From: the human T2T-CHM13v2.0 reference genome, Homo sapiens
Strand: one strand, 5' to 3'
DNA: 64,000 bases
NCBI RefSeq assembly: GCF_009914755.1
Contig: NC_060938.1
Positions 38,426 to 51,453 of this stretch are shown here, piece by piece. Position 1 is the stretch's first letter. The number at the start of each line of letters is the position of its first letter. A model generated the notes under the pieces. That model saw nothing but the letters and a program-made list of their open reading frames with translations. It did no database searches and was not told where the DNA came from. The position numbers and the translations under genes were made by a program.

Positions 38426-40754
38426 CAGCTTTTTTTCTGAATGATAGGTTAGATGCTAATTTGCCTGCGGTGCCTACAGAAGTTATCAGTGACATAGGGG
38501 AAGATAATCTTCCCCAGCCTTTCTCCCCTGTCTAGTGTTCAAATTGTAAAATTTTCTTGAACTGGACTAAATGCCTTAAAACCCTGGAATGTTGGTGTCT
38601 TTGAACCCTTACTTTGAGCTCTATGGAGACCTAGATTGTCCCTGGAGGTAGTGCAGCCTCATTTCAACAAATCAGGTTGTCAAAATGGCTAATTGTTTCC
38701 TCGCATTACTCTCCCTGAGAATTACCTTTCTTAGCTGGCTTCCCACGGAAACTAATGGTATTTGGCAACTGTCTACTTCCAAATCTTCCTCTAGAATATT
38801 GCAAGAATGTCTGAAAGCACAACATTTTTGGACAGGCCAAGATGCCATGGGAGAAAACACACACACAAGCCTACGTGCTTTCTCCAAAACTTGGCTCTGA
38901 AGACAGTCATATGGCAGTCACACCACAATCCAATGAATTGTTTTACCTCAGGTTTTGGAAGTTTCACTGCTCCCAATAGCTTGCATTAAGCCCTAAATAA
39001 TAATAATGAGGAAATTCTATTAAGAACTATTTCAGAAGCTAGAGAATGTAATGATTATAAATAAGAAAGGGAATAAGCCATATCAATTGCTGCATGTATA
39101 TTGTATAAATAGCTTGTTTTGCTTAAGCATTAGTTAAGCAACATTAAATTTAAAGAGTGTTTCTATTAGCCAAAGGTATGTAGTGTGTGATATAGAATGA
39201 TTCTTGGAACTTTGACCAGATTTTCTGTCTGGGATGGGAGAAAATCTGGCCAGAGTGTGTCTTGTAGGTTGATCACAAATTCCTAATGTTCATCAAGAGT
39301 GGAATTTTGACGGTATAATGAAAGCCTGTTTTAACTATGTAATACTATTCTTATTCCATTATGTAGGTAATGAAAGTTTGTATGTAAATAAAAGTTTAAG
39401 CTTCTCTTTATAATAATTTATCACAGGAACTGCCTGCAAATAGATTCTAACGATAAGAATGTTCTTCTTTTAGCTATAAATCCTTAGTTTTCTACTTCTT
39501 GCAAATAAACAGCTTAGTTAAATAAACTCAAGACACCATCATTAAACAATTCAATAATTAAGGTCTAATACTCCTTTTATTATTAATCATAATCACTTTT
39601 TTATTTGAATTGAGCTTTACTTAGTTTATTGCCTCTATTATTGTCTGAGAGGAGCACTCTTATATTGTCTGCTTTATGCAGGCAAGTGTGGTTTTAAGAT
39701 GAGCTTGGGTCAAACATCAAAGCAAAAAAGATTTGACTATAAATCCTAGCTTCCTCATTAACCAGCTTGGTCACCTATCACAAATGATTATAGCCTCTCA
39801 AAGCCTCAGTTTTTATTTTTTTGAAAAATATGTAAGATACTACTTTATCTACTTTGTTCATAGTAGTTATTGCTGACATGGGACAAGATGATCTTTATGC
39901 TCTATTTGGTGTTTGAATTATAGAATGCTTCATGAATTGGATTAATTAATGTAAAGTTTTTGAATGTTGGTGTTTGTTTAATCAGTATTCTATAATACTG
40001 CCAATCTCTTACTCCTTGCTATCCACATATCTTCCTGGGTGATCTCTTTCGCTTGCACAGAGTCAACTTTTGTCTGCCTGGATAACTCCAAATTCTATTC
40101 CTTTTGTGCAGAATTTCCCATGAGCATTAGGCACACATAGCTCATTGCTTGCCTGACATTTCTAACTGGATATTTCATAATCAACTCTAAATCTACATGC
40201 CCAAAAGATAACTCTTATCACATATCAGGGTATCAAAACTAGATATCTGGGAGCCATCCTTAGCTGAACATAGTTTCTTAAGACCAAGGCACAAAATATT
40301 TGTGTAGAGGAGACATGGGGCAAAGGAGAGAAGAAAAGCAAGAACGAGGTTGTAAAGAACCTTGTATGCTGAGTAGGAAATGTTCATCTTTATTCCGAAG
40401 GCAATGGAGGGATCCTTCATTGAAAGCCTTCTGAGCAAGGGTGTAACATGGTCAGATTTAAGTCTTATTAAGATTGTTCTAGGATCATCTAGGGGATACA
40501 GTGAAGAGAACTTTACTGAATTCAGGCAAGGCAAAGAGAAAGCTATTGCAGTCAACCTAGCATTCAAAGAGAACACTCCATTGTGGACAATAAAATCCTG
40601 GTTGTTTAGGTCTAAACTTTGGCCTTGGAAGGGCTTTTTATATAATCTAGTAAATTTTCCTTTACCAACAAAGTAACAGATACTCCAGAAGTTTTTAAGC
40701 TTGCCCAAAGTGACTCAGCTGGCAGATGGCAAGTACCAGGCTGATATCCTGCAG

Positions 40755-41045
40755 GTTTTTTGTTTGTTTGTTTGAAATGGAGGAGTCTCACTCTGCCACC
40801 TAGGCTGGAGTGCAGTGATGCGATCTCAGTTCACTGCAGCCTCCGCCTCCCGGGTTCAAGGAATTCTCCTGCCTGTCTCCTGAGTAGCTGGGATTACAGC
40901 ATACCTGGCTATTTTTTGTGTTTCTAGTAGAGGCGGGGTTTCGCCATGTTGGCCAGGCTGGTCTTGAATTCCTGACCTAAGGCGATCCACCCGCCTCGGC
41001 CTTCCAAAGTGCTGGGATTACAGGTGTGAGCCATGTCTCCCGGCC
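40755..41045 (-). mobile_element. AluS element, antisense
   Basis: Alu body. TSD tgatatcctgcag at 40742-40754 and 41046-41058. Confidence 0.95.
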
Positions 41046-41434
41046 TGATATCCTGCAGTTTTGAGATACAGTTTTGTGTGTTTGCCTTGGAGAAAAAGAG
41101 AATTTCAGTTGCCCATGATTCATACATTTTTATGTGGCAGCTTCCTTGAAAGGGAACAAACGTTGAAGGGATTCATTTGGCAACATTATTCCCATTTTAT
41201 AGATGTGGGTTTTTAGGCTTGAGGAGGTTGTGACTTTTCTAAAGTCATGTAATTAATTAGTGGCGAAGGTGTTATTTAATGACAGCATCTCTCAATATCC
41301 ACTTCCACACCTTTTTTTAATGACGCTGCACTAAGGCAAGTGCCTCCTCTGGGATAGTTTCTGCTCTGTTCACTGCTATAACTGCACAGAGGCCTGCAGT
41401 TTGAATGAAGATACACACAGAGATAACTGAAGTT

Positions 41435-41497
41435 TCAACTAGGAAAGGGCAACTGGGGCATGTAGGGGCAAGTGTCAACTAGGAAAGGGCAACTGGG
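41435..41497 (+). repeat. Perfect 23-bp direct repeat, 40-bp period
   Basis: tcaactaggaaagggcaactggg at 41435-41457 and 41475-41497. Confidence 0.95.
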
Positions 41498-43799
41498 TCA
41501 CCTTACCATGATGACTTCTTCATGGTTTCAGCCTGGACAGCAACCTTGCAGAGTCAGAATCCTGATCAGCAGTTTTGACCAGCACATCAAGAGTGGCTTT
41601 ACCTCCCAGGCATTGATCCAGCATTAGTCAAGCTACAAGACACTGATGTAGAAAACCATAATGTCAGTTTACTAATGTAGAATAAGAAATAAAATCTCAG
41701 AAGACCTGAGCTCTCCTGTCAGCATGACTTGCACTTGTACTTTTCCTTTTTGTAGAGAAGCTAAATTATAATCAGAAAGTTGTTTTGGTGAGCTTGGAAT
41801 CAGAAAATAGGAGTTTAAGTCATCTGTTCAACATGCAGCTTTCCTCAGCTGTGATAGCTTTTTCCTGCTGTCCAGTCTTCATGTGGAGCCTGGTCAATAG
41901 CACCAGAATTCTAAGTCTGCTGGCCAAGGTGCTGCCTCCTGCAGAGAGAGAAAGCCCATCAAAGTTGACTTCAGTGACTCCCCCTTCACTCACCCCTCAT
42001 CTTCCACGGCCAACCAACTCCCTTTTTGATTGACACATCATTTCTTTACATACATTAATGCCTTCCATATTACCACAGAGAGTTTGTTAGACTGGAAATC
42101 ATTTTATTTCTTTGATCTACTTCATCTTTCTCTGCATTGAGCCTTTGCGTACTAATTTATAGCTATTTTCTCACAGGATAGTCTATTTCCATTATATCTA
42201 TATTTTCTAGTGGTCCTTTGCGTTTGCCTCTTTTCCAGACTGTATAGGGCATGGTGCCAGGCACAGTTTATTTGTTTTATTCTATATGCTGATAGTATCA
42301 TCTTTTCCATCTTTAGATGTTTTATCTCATTCAGAGTGAGAGGGGCACTTGGTCAGTCCTTTTTGCATCTCAATAGTTGATCCTCTTTTGATTAAAAAAT
42401 ATTTAATTTCTAATAATGTGTGTTAGAGTGAAAATAACAGGAATTATTAGGCCCAGTCAAGACTAACAGTTCTTGACTCATAGTTCCAAATCACAGTTCC
42501 AAGATTTCCTTAACCTTTCTGATCCTCACTTCCCTCCCAAAAAAGTAAGAATGGCTATAATTACCTACCTCATGGAAATTATAAGGCTTCAGCAAGATTA
42601 AATGTACTCATTTATTTAACATGCATAGTAAGAACTATAAATGTTAATTTATTCTTACTTACATTAGGATACTGACTTATGAAACAGAGATTAAACACAT
42701 TCTGCAAAAGGACTGGTATTGACAGGCTTTGATTCTAATAGCTCAAAAGATAGGCCATGGCTTGCTAGAGAAAATGAAAGGATACTCAAGGCTCATTAGA
42801 TTAAAAGGCTGCTAATGTTCTCTAAGCTGTAAGTAGATTTTTGCCCACATTTATGAAGGTTGATTTCTAATCAGATTAGAAATGGCATAGGCTGGTGGCG
42901 TCATCTCAGAGCTGCCACAGCATTCTCAGGAGACTCAGCCATATCATGTTGGGTTGCTCTAAGAACACACAGAGACCTTTATGCTTTTTCACAAAAGCAT
43001 ACTCTTTCCCTGGAGTGTGTAACTCTATGTGTTGACCTTTAGTGGGATAAGTTCTTACAATGGAGCTATTCTGGGTACAAAACATCACTACTCTGTGAGA
43101 TTTAGGAAGATAACACTGTTTGCTGATTTTACAAGCCCACTCGAGTGTCTTGATGTGTCAAAATGGGAGTCCCTGAACACGGAGGAAATTCACAACATCC
43201 TAAGCAATTGTAACAGATGACCTTATCTAATGAGAACTGGGGAAGTCCTCTCCTTTTAGGGAAAGTGAAAAATGTGAACTAAATAGGACTTTCTGTAGGA
43301 GAGATGCCTAACCACCCATGGGCATGCTCACTTCTACTTGTGCAGAGAGTTTGCACAACCCCATCTCATTTGGTCCTCACATCTTCTTTGTATTCATTCA
43401 CTCAGCTAGGAAGGGGAATGGAAGAACACATTCTCCAAGAGTAGTGCCTTTGCAACATATTTTTCAAGTAAAGTGTTGACACAATTTTTGTTAAGACTAT
43501 GATGAAAAGACAATTGAGAAAGAATTGTGAAAGCCAGATCTTGACATATGCATAAAAGTACATGGATGCCTGGCTCTGGGCTGATTAATGATCTGTGGTT
43601 GTTAAAATCTAGTTATGCCTCCACTTGGGAGGAGTAGGTAAGCTCCCAGGGCAGGTATGAACCTCACCATTTTAGAGAGGAAGAAATCTCAGTGTCAGGA
43701 TGTTAAGTTAGTTGCCAAGACCTCAAAACTCATAAATAGCAGAGCCAGGACCAGGGTTGAAAGTCTGGTGTTTCACATTCTGCCACACCTCTCTGGCCA

Positions 43800-43980
43800 G
43801 TGTTGTTCGTGAACTTCGGGACTAAGACTCCAGCTCAAATCCTATGCGGATGTAGGTCAATTTCTTAACCTCTCTAAGCCTCAGTTTTCTCATCCTTGAT
43901 GTGGGGATCATAAATTTACTTCTTACGAAGATGAAATGAAATAATATATGTAAGCAGTGTGTTCAATAATTGTTAGTTCC
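43800..43980 (+). mobile_element. MIR SINE
   Basis: ttcttaacctctctaagcctcagttttctcatc. Confidence 0.75.
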
Positions 43981-44699
43981 TTTGCCCTTCCTATTTTCTC
44001 ACCAAGGAAATCAGGTGCAATAAGCTTTAGTGATCTGCTAAGGCTAGATAACTGGTAAATAGTGAAAGAAGAGTGAGGAGTCAACAGATGATTCTGCTTC
44101 TTATTTCACGTGCTTTAGTGGTATTTACAGAGCCCTGGTGCAAGAGTTTCTCTTTGTACTTAGAGAAGTTGATTTTCTTTTTCCTAATTTCTTCTTATTT
44201 GAACTAAGAACCCTCTACTTCTCTCCATCCCATCTGTATTTTTTCTGATGAGTTCTGTAGAATATGATATTGCATTCAAGCTTCATCATACTTTTGGTAG
44301 CGCCTTTGCTTGCTACATGATAACTGTCATTTTAGCTGCAATTTTTCAAAAATCTCCTGAAACACTCTTCTCACACAATCGGCCTCTCTTAACTAACTTG
44401 TAGACAATTTTGCCCTTCTGCTCAAGATCTTTTCTGCCTCCTTTAGATTTCCTCCCTATCCATTTCTGTCTCTTCTCCCTATGCCTTGATCTAAAGCTTT
44501 TGTGCATTATGGGACTTTCTCCGAATCCATTTTGTAGTCATTCACTCATGTAGGATAAATGCATTTTTTAAAGCACTTTCATTTTCATTTTACATGAAAG
44601 AGAACACTTGGGTACTGGTGAAATGCTTAGGTCAGCAATCCTTTTGGGAAGATACACATGAGGGGTATTATGTATCTCGTCTTTCCCTCTTTCAACATT

Positions 44700-45360
44700 T
44701 TCTAATTCAATTCTATATAATAAATATTTACTGAGTATCTACTCTCTGCTGGGTATTGTGCTAGGTTCAGGGGATATATAACTGAATCAGACAGAACCCC
44801 TTTCTTTACAGAGCATATATGATGATGTCATCTCAAGGGGAGCCCAGGATTTCAGGTCACCTATGTATAAAGTGAGAAATAAAGGCTGGCTAGGAGTCAG
44901 CCATGGGAAGGGGATAGAATAAGTTGAACATTCATGGTAAAGAGAATACTATATTCAAGATCCTAAAGCATAATATGTTTGGAAAACAGAAAATACAGTA
45001 TGGCCAGAAGGCAGAACTCAAAGGAGAATGAGAGCCAGCGGATGCGGTAGGAAATGTGGGGAAGGGTAGATAAAGAAGTTAGGGGGTTTATTCTCAAGAC
45101 AATGAGAAATTATTGAAAGAGCTAAATGAGGAATTGGTATAATATGAAATTTAAAAAAATTATCCTAATTGCAGTGGTCAGATGGGACAGGAGGCAGGCA
45201 GCAAGTGGAGAAACAGAAGACACACAGTAAAGGAGCCAACCTAGACTCAGTGGTAACAGAGATAGCGATAAGTGAACAGATGAGAAAGATCTGGGTTTAG
45301 AAATGGCAGGACATGCTGATGATTGAGCTATAGAGGAAGAGGAAAAGAGGGGAGTCAAAT
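44700..45360 (-). mobile_element. L2 fragment
   Basis: aaatatttactgagtatctactctctgctgggtattgtgctaggttcaggggatata. Confidence 0.7.
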
Positions 45361-46641
45361 ACCTGTCTATGCACTGTTCATAGGAGATTTAATCTAGTCA
45401 ACTGTTTTGAGCTAAAATGTGAAAATACAAATGCCATGGCCAGAGCAACCATAACTATTAATTAGCAGCAACCCTTGGCACCTTCACCCAAAGCAATCAC
45501 TATGCTGGGAATATCAGACTCTGCAGTAGAACCAAATCCAGGACATCCGTGTACAGCCTACTCACATCACAGCATCTAACTGTGTTCACATAAAAGGCAG
45601 TGTGAGGCATAATGACCCAACTCAGAAATGCCTTTTTTTTCTGGATGTTCTTTTCCTCACAAAACATCAAATAAGAGAGTCTGGCCACATTCTGATGATT
45701 TCTCTTAGAAACTTAGAGAAGGGGAGAACAATAATTTCCTAAGGAAGTGAACCAATTGAATTGTCAGATGGGCTGAGCAGTGACTTCTTCCTGGCTCTAC
45801 TGTGGGCCTCCTGATGGATGGACATGGGCCCTGTGGTAAAGAGATGGTTCTAGAAATGCACAGAAACTATCGATTCCAAGTTGACAAATGAGAAACAAAT
45901 CCAATCTCACCAGCCAATCGGGACTCATCATTTTGCCAAAACAATGCCCATAGATTGCCTACCACTATTATTAAGAAAAGCTTTTATGCTCATTTCACCT
46001 TCAGTGCCCTTGATCCAAGGTCTCAGATTTATCCTAGTTTCATTTTCAGTGAAGTATTGATTTGATAAAAGAAACGAGTCCTGCTGCTGATTGCTTAGAC
46101 ACTTGTTAGTTTCACCTGCATATGTAAGGTGGAGTTGGCTGTAGTTCAAGCAATAGAAAGAAGAGGTACTATTTTAACAACAGTTTTCAAATCTGAAGCT
46201 GATGTTCTGGAAAAATTAGAGCCATCGGTTTATTTTATTGTTTCATTTATAATCTCAGTGTGCATGTATCTTAATTCTTTGGGAATAGAGAAATGGCTTC
46301 AGAGAGGCTGGCTGAATGGGGAGGCAGAAACATCCAACTCTGTCCCTCTGGGCTTCTATCTCCCTGGGGTTCCTTTCACTTTTCCTCCAACTTTGTTTCT
46401 TTAGGCCCTGGAGCTAATGCAGGAATTGCCAAAAACATACCTATGTGGCACACAGGTCCTGCATGTTCTTGTTCTAGTAAGTGGTGTGAATGTGCTGTCT
46501 CTAGAATTATCTTGTCCTGTCTCATCAAGAAAATCCCCTGCAGATGTGAAACCCTCAAGCAATTTTCTCTATCTGAAGATCAGGCTGCATTATTTATTTA
46601 TAGTTCCTTCAGCCTCCAAAAGCCCTGGCTGACCCTCAGTC

Positions 46642-46853
46642 TTTGAGAACAGCACCTCTGTAAACAGATGAAAGGGATTCCCTGTCTGGAATGTCATGGA
46701 AGGTTCCATGAATCTAGCTTCCGCTAATACCAACCATTCTAGAGGATAAAGCCCACCACTGCAAAAGTGTGATCCAGCCTCACACACTGCCTTGCAAATA
46801 TTCTTCAGGCCAACTGATGGGTGAAGGCCAGGTTTGAGAACAGCACCTTTGTA
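46642..46853 (+). repeat. 21-bp direct repeat pair (1 mismatch), 191-bp period
   Basis: tttgagaacagcacct(c/t)tgta at 46642-46662 and 46833-46853. Confidence 0.88.
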
Positions 46854-48384
46854 GCCCATGAAGTTTCTTGACACATTTAGCCTCAAACACTTGCAGAGCA
46901 GATATAGTCGATATATCCTGGGTTCATGAATGACAAAACTTTTCTTCATGCTGAAAGGCCAATCATAGGAACCTCAAGTTTGGAGGAAGTCGCAAACGTA
47001 GGAGAGTAGGTGATCTTGTTATGCTTAATATCTAGTGTGATGCTGGAGGAAAGACAGCCAAATTGGAAAGTTGGGGTGAGATAGGATGTGTCTTTTCCAT
47101 ATGTTTAAAGGATAGTATGCTGACAAGATATTATTAAGGCTACAATAAGGCAATTGAGGAAGCTGTATGTCAATAAGGTCTTGAGATACTCAGAGAGATT
47201 AGACAAAGCAGAGTAATATTTTCACCTGCTTACCCTCCTCTTCCCCCAAACCATACCAATGAACAACATGGGCCCCAGCCCTAAATTCACAATCTCTGAT
47301 GTAAGAGCCTGACTAAGCATACTGGCATTAAACATAAGGATGTTTGTGTAGGCAAAAACCCCCAAACAATTATTTTAGTTATCTCACCATGTTTTCATGT
47401 CTGTTTATGAAGACTCAGGCTTCCTAGGCTCTCTGAGGGCCAGAGGTCTCAGAGCTCAGGAGGTAACTAGCATTGGCCCTTCCTTTAGTTTCTCTTTGAT
47501 AGCTTATTACTTAAGGACCCCAGGGGAACAGTTTCCCAGAATTCTACCATGACAATTTCACAATATTGAAAATATATTAAACTGACATTAACACTGACAT
47601 GCATAATTCCTACCAAAGCGGGGAGGCCGTTTTGTCATGCGGCTTAGGTGGAGGAGAGATAGTAAGAGCTGTTAGGCTCTCTGAAGCCTCTTAGATAAAA
47701 GAAGTCCTTAGCTTTGACTATAATACCAGCTATGCTCAAGCCTTTTTCCCCCCACTATATTCTTTACAATTTCACAGTTAATCTCTGCATTATGGTTCTC
47801 TGTAGCCAGAAGACATTGCAGACAGGGAATTGAGAGGATGCTTGAGTTAATCTGCAGGGTCTAAGGTGGTAAAGGCAATTCAGCTACCCTCATAGCATCC
47901 CCGATGTTCCGAAGAAAGGAAGCAGAGCATATGTTTTACATGGGGATAAATTCTCTTTATAGCTAATTAATTACAAATTGCCCCCCAGTGTGGTGATGTA
48001 CACTTGGGGATAGATTAACTCAGGGGAGGAGTCCAGCTGCTAATTCTTTTTTTTCTCCCTCCCTGTCCCTCCTTGTGCTCCCCTCCTCCTTGCTCCCTAT
48101 TTCTTGGAGGCTGTGTCTCCTATCGCTCTGTTTGTACAGCTAGCGCTAATCTAAAATCACAGTTATTAGATCACATTAAGCTCCTCAAAGTGGGTGAAGC
48201 ATCTGTGAGTGTCTCATTAAGTCCTGGACACACATAGTCTTGCCACCCCTCTCTAATTAAGAGATTCCCACTCTTCCAGCACTGCTGACTGCTTCCTAAA
48301 GAAAGTGTGCCTGCCCTGGAGGGGACGGAAGGGGGAAGGAGTGAGGTAAAGTAAGGGTGAGTCTTCTCCATAGACCGTGACCTT

Positions 48385-48541
48385 GCCCAGCAGTGTGGCC
48401 TGCTGGAGGAGCAGCAGTAGCACCTGGGAGCTTGTTAGAAATGCAAAATCTGAGCCCCATCTCAGACCTATTCAATTGCATTTTGTAGTTTAATAAGACC
48501 TCCAGGTGATTCATGTACACGGCAAAGCATGAGAAGCACTG
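48385..48541. mobile_element. MER5-family (hAT-Charlie) DNA transposon
   Basis: cacctgggagcttgttagaaatgcaaaatct...cagaccta...ccaggtgattcatgtacac...tgagaagcactg. Confidence 0.85.
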
Positions 48542-48740
48542 AACCAGGAAATGGATAGAGGAGTGGATCCCAGGATGCAAACTGGCAGAATCCCAGTTGT
48601 TAGGAGATCACGCCACAGGCAGAATTCATCTCAGCAGAAACCGAAGTCACCAATGGCAAGTGTTCGTGTATTTGTGACATTCCTTGGGAATTGTGTTTGT
48701 CCTTGCACTTGCGATTTTGCCTTTTAAAAGAGCATTTTGG

Positions 48741-49040
48741 GGCCAGGCGCGGTGGCTCATGCCTGTAATCCCAGCACTTTGGGAGGCCCCGAGGCAGGCA
48801 GATGGCTTGAGGCCAGGAGTTTGAAACCAGCCTGGGCAACAGGGTGAAACCCTGTTTGGTTTCATCTCTACTAAAAATACAAAGATTAGCTGGGTATGGT
48901 GGCACATGCCCATAGTCCAGCCACTCGGGAGGCTGAGGCACCAGAATCACTTGAACCCAGGAGGCGGAGGTTGCAGTGAGCTGAGATGGCACCACTGCCC
49001 ACCAGCCTGAGCACAGAGTGAGATTCTGTCTTTTAAAAAA
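48741..49040 (+). mobile_element. Alu (J/early S) with almost no poly(A) tail and a small internal inverted insertion
   Basis: ggccaggcgcggtggctcatgcc... Flanking repeat cttttaaaa(g/a)ag(c/t)attttg at 48721-48739 and 49030-49048. Confidence 0.93.
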
Positions 49041-50548
49041 GTATTTTGAAAGAGTAAAAGGAGAATAATAATGTCATTGGACACATTTAGAACCTATGTA
49101 TGCCAAGCATTGGGAGTAGAATGCAAGGCAAACATGGCTCTTAAGAAATTCACAGGGAAGGAAGATTCTGAAATAATCTCTCTGTTCAGGGCTCTATGGG
49201 GATTCTTAAATATTGGGCTTATATGTCTTGGAAGAAGAGACATTAAAGTGAGATTTTAAGTAAGAAAAAGTATAGGCGTGGGAAGGGTGTAGCAGGCAGA
49301 AGAAGCAGTGTGGATAGAGGCCCAGGGATAGGAAGAGCCTTGCCCTCAGGGCTAGTTCAGATTGGCTGCAATGTGGGGCCTGACCAGAGAGAGATGGTGC
49401 TTGGCTGCAAGGGTGGGCCAGGGTCATTTCACGCAGGGGGTTGTAAGCCTGGTCATTAGGAGCTTTATTCTAAGGACATCAGGAAGCTGATGAATTTTTA
49501 ACAGAGAATTCTGAGCAGGAGATGTCAATGAATGTCCTGATTGTCATCCAGGTGCCAGCTGCATTGACTCAGCATTGGCCCACGCACACTGCAGGCTGAG
49601 GGTGTGGTGTACACACTCTGCTGCTTCCCTGGTGACAGCATTCCACCGACTCTGCCCTTAGATACAGTGACCCCAGATGTCAATTCAGAAACCACACACC
49701 CACGTTACACAGTCTGTAAGTGACCAGCCACTCAGGTGAAACAGGAGACTTGAGTGATGGCAGCAAAATGAATTGCCTCCAAATTCAACTGAATATGAAA
49801 ACATGGATGGGTTCTCATTTCCCTTCAACAAGGAAGTTCCATGTCTCAAGCACTCTTTTAGTTACTAGGGATAGATACAACAGTGAGCAAAACAGAAAAA
49901 AAAAATTCTGTATTTCTGGAGCTTACATTTGGGGTTAGCGGCTGGGTGACTTGTATCGATTTCCATCATTATGTCCTTAATTTCACAGACGCTGAAACTG
50001 CTCTGGTTTTTGGCTATTTAGAGATTGCACTCTCTTCCTTTGTGGCTTAAGCTGGTGTCACCTTTACAGTAAGATATGTTACCTGAAAGAGCTTTTAAGA
50101 AAATTAAATCTATTTTCTCCTGCCCCTGTGGATTAGAGGAAAACTTCCTATTGCCCAGTAGCATTTTTTTTATGCTCTCAGTGAATAATGATGATAATGG
50201 CAGCTGAGATTTGAATGGTAACTTGGGTCTAAGTACTGCATGTGATACATTTAGTCAGTCCCCACAAACCTGATTAGAAAGGAATTACCTCCAGCATTTT
50301 ACAGAAGAGGAAATGGAAGCTTAGAGCAGTGGGTAACTTACCCAGGTTGAAATTGGCAGAGCTGAGGTCCAAATCAGAGAAATTCAGCATCGATGGTGCA
50401 ATAGACTCTAGGAAGTGGCCTCATATATGGTCTAGTCAATAGAAGAAGCCAGAAAACGCTTTTCAGAGAATGAGATCTAGTCTTGTCACCTTCTTCACTT
50501 ACCACCTTTTCTTGGCTTCCCAAGGCTCAAAGAATAATATGTAGGAAC

Positions 50549-50893
50549 TGCTAAAAGATAAACTGGGGCACATTCAAATTTTAAGGAGTTTATTTGAGCA
50601 TTCAGCAATTCATGAATCAGGCAACATGAGACTTGGGCTGTTCAGAGCTCCATGACAAGGGTGTGAGGGGAAACCTTATAAGGTGTTTACAGAAGCACAG
50701 GAAAGAAAATGTTTGATTGGTTAAAATGGAAGTTTGTAGTTCGAGGTTAGGCGTTAGTTTCGGATTGTTAAGCTCGAGTTTTGCTTTTCTAGGCTATGAC
50801 TCTACTCTGAGTTGGGTTTTGGTTTGCTTAGGTAGGAACCCACCACACTGGAGCTGACTCAGCCTAATGGTCTCCCAGTTAATTATTTTAACA
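50549..50893 (-). mobile_element. ERV1 MER4-group (MER31-like) solo LTR
   Basis: TG...CA-bounded. Ends ctcagcctaatggtctcccagttaattattttaaca. gagtttatt near the left end is a reverse poly(A) signal. Confidence 0.7.
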
Positions 50894-51248
50894 CTATGGT
50901 GGGGTTACAAGGCTCTGTACCAGTTGGCCTCCGTTTCTTTGTTCAGCCCCAGTCCTGGGTACTCCCCACCCCACACCGTTCTCCTCACTCCCAGCCACAC
51001 AGGCCTTCTTTCAGTCCTTAATATTTCCCCTGTTTCTTTCTACCACACAGGCTTTGCACATTCTCTTCTCAATGCCTAGGATATGTCTTCTTCACATATT
51101 TTCTCAAACACAAATGCAGATCTCAGTTTCAAGGTAATTTGCTCTTGGAAGCAGTCCCTAACTTCTCTAACTACATCAAATCCCACTCTTCAGTTAGTTC
51201 CACCTTTCAATTGCAATTAACAAAATTGTAATTTTATATTTAGTAGTG

Positions 51249-51440
51249 CAGTGGTTTTCAAAGTGCGACTGCCACACCAGTGGCATCAGTATCACCTGGC
51301 AACCTGTTAGAAGTAGAAATTTTCCCACTCCACTCTAGACCTACTGAACCAGAAACTCTGGAGGTGGGTGGGGCCCAGCAATCTGAGTTTTACCAAGTTG
51401 TCCTACTGATTTTAATGCACTGTGAACTCGATAACCACCA
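51249..51440. mobile_element. MER5A DNA transposon
   Basis: cagtggttttcaaagtg...catcagtatcacctgg...agacctactgaaccagaaactctgg...gggcccagcaatctg. Confidence 0.9.
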
Positions 51441-51453
51441 TTTCAGTATACAC

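Noticed and set aside
40193-40708. 171-aa and 98-aa overlapping ORFs
   Set aside because: Overlap L2-like decayed sequence; no domain signal.
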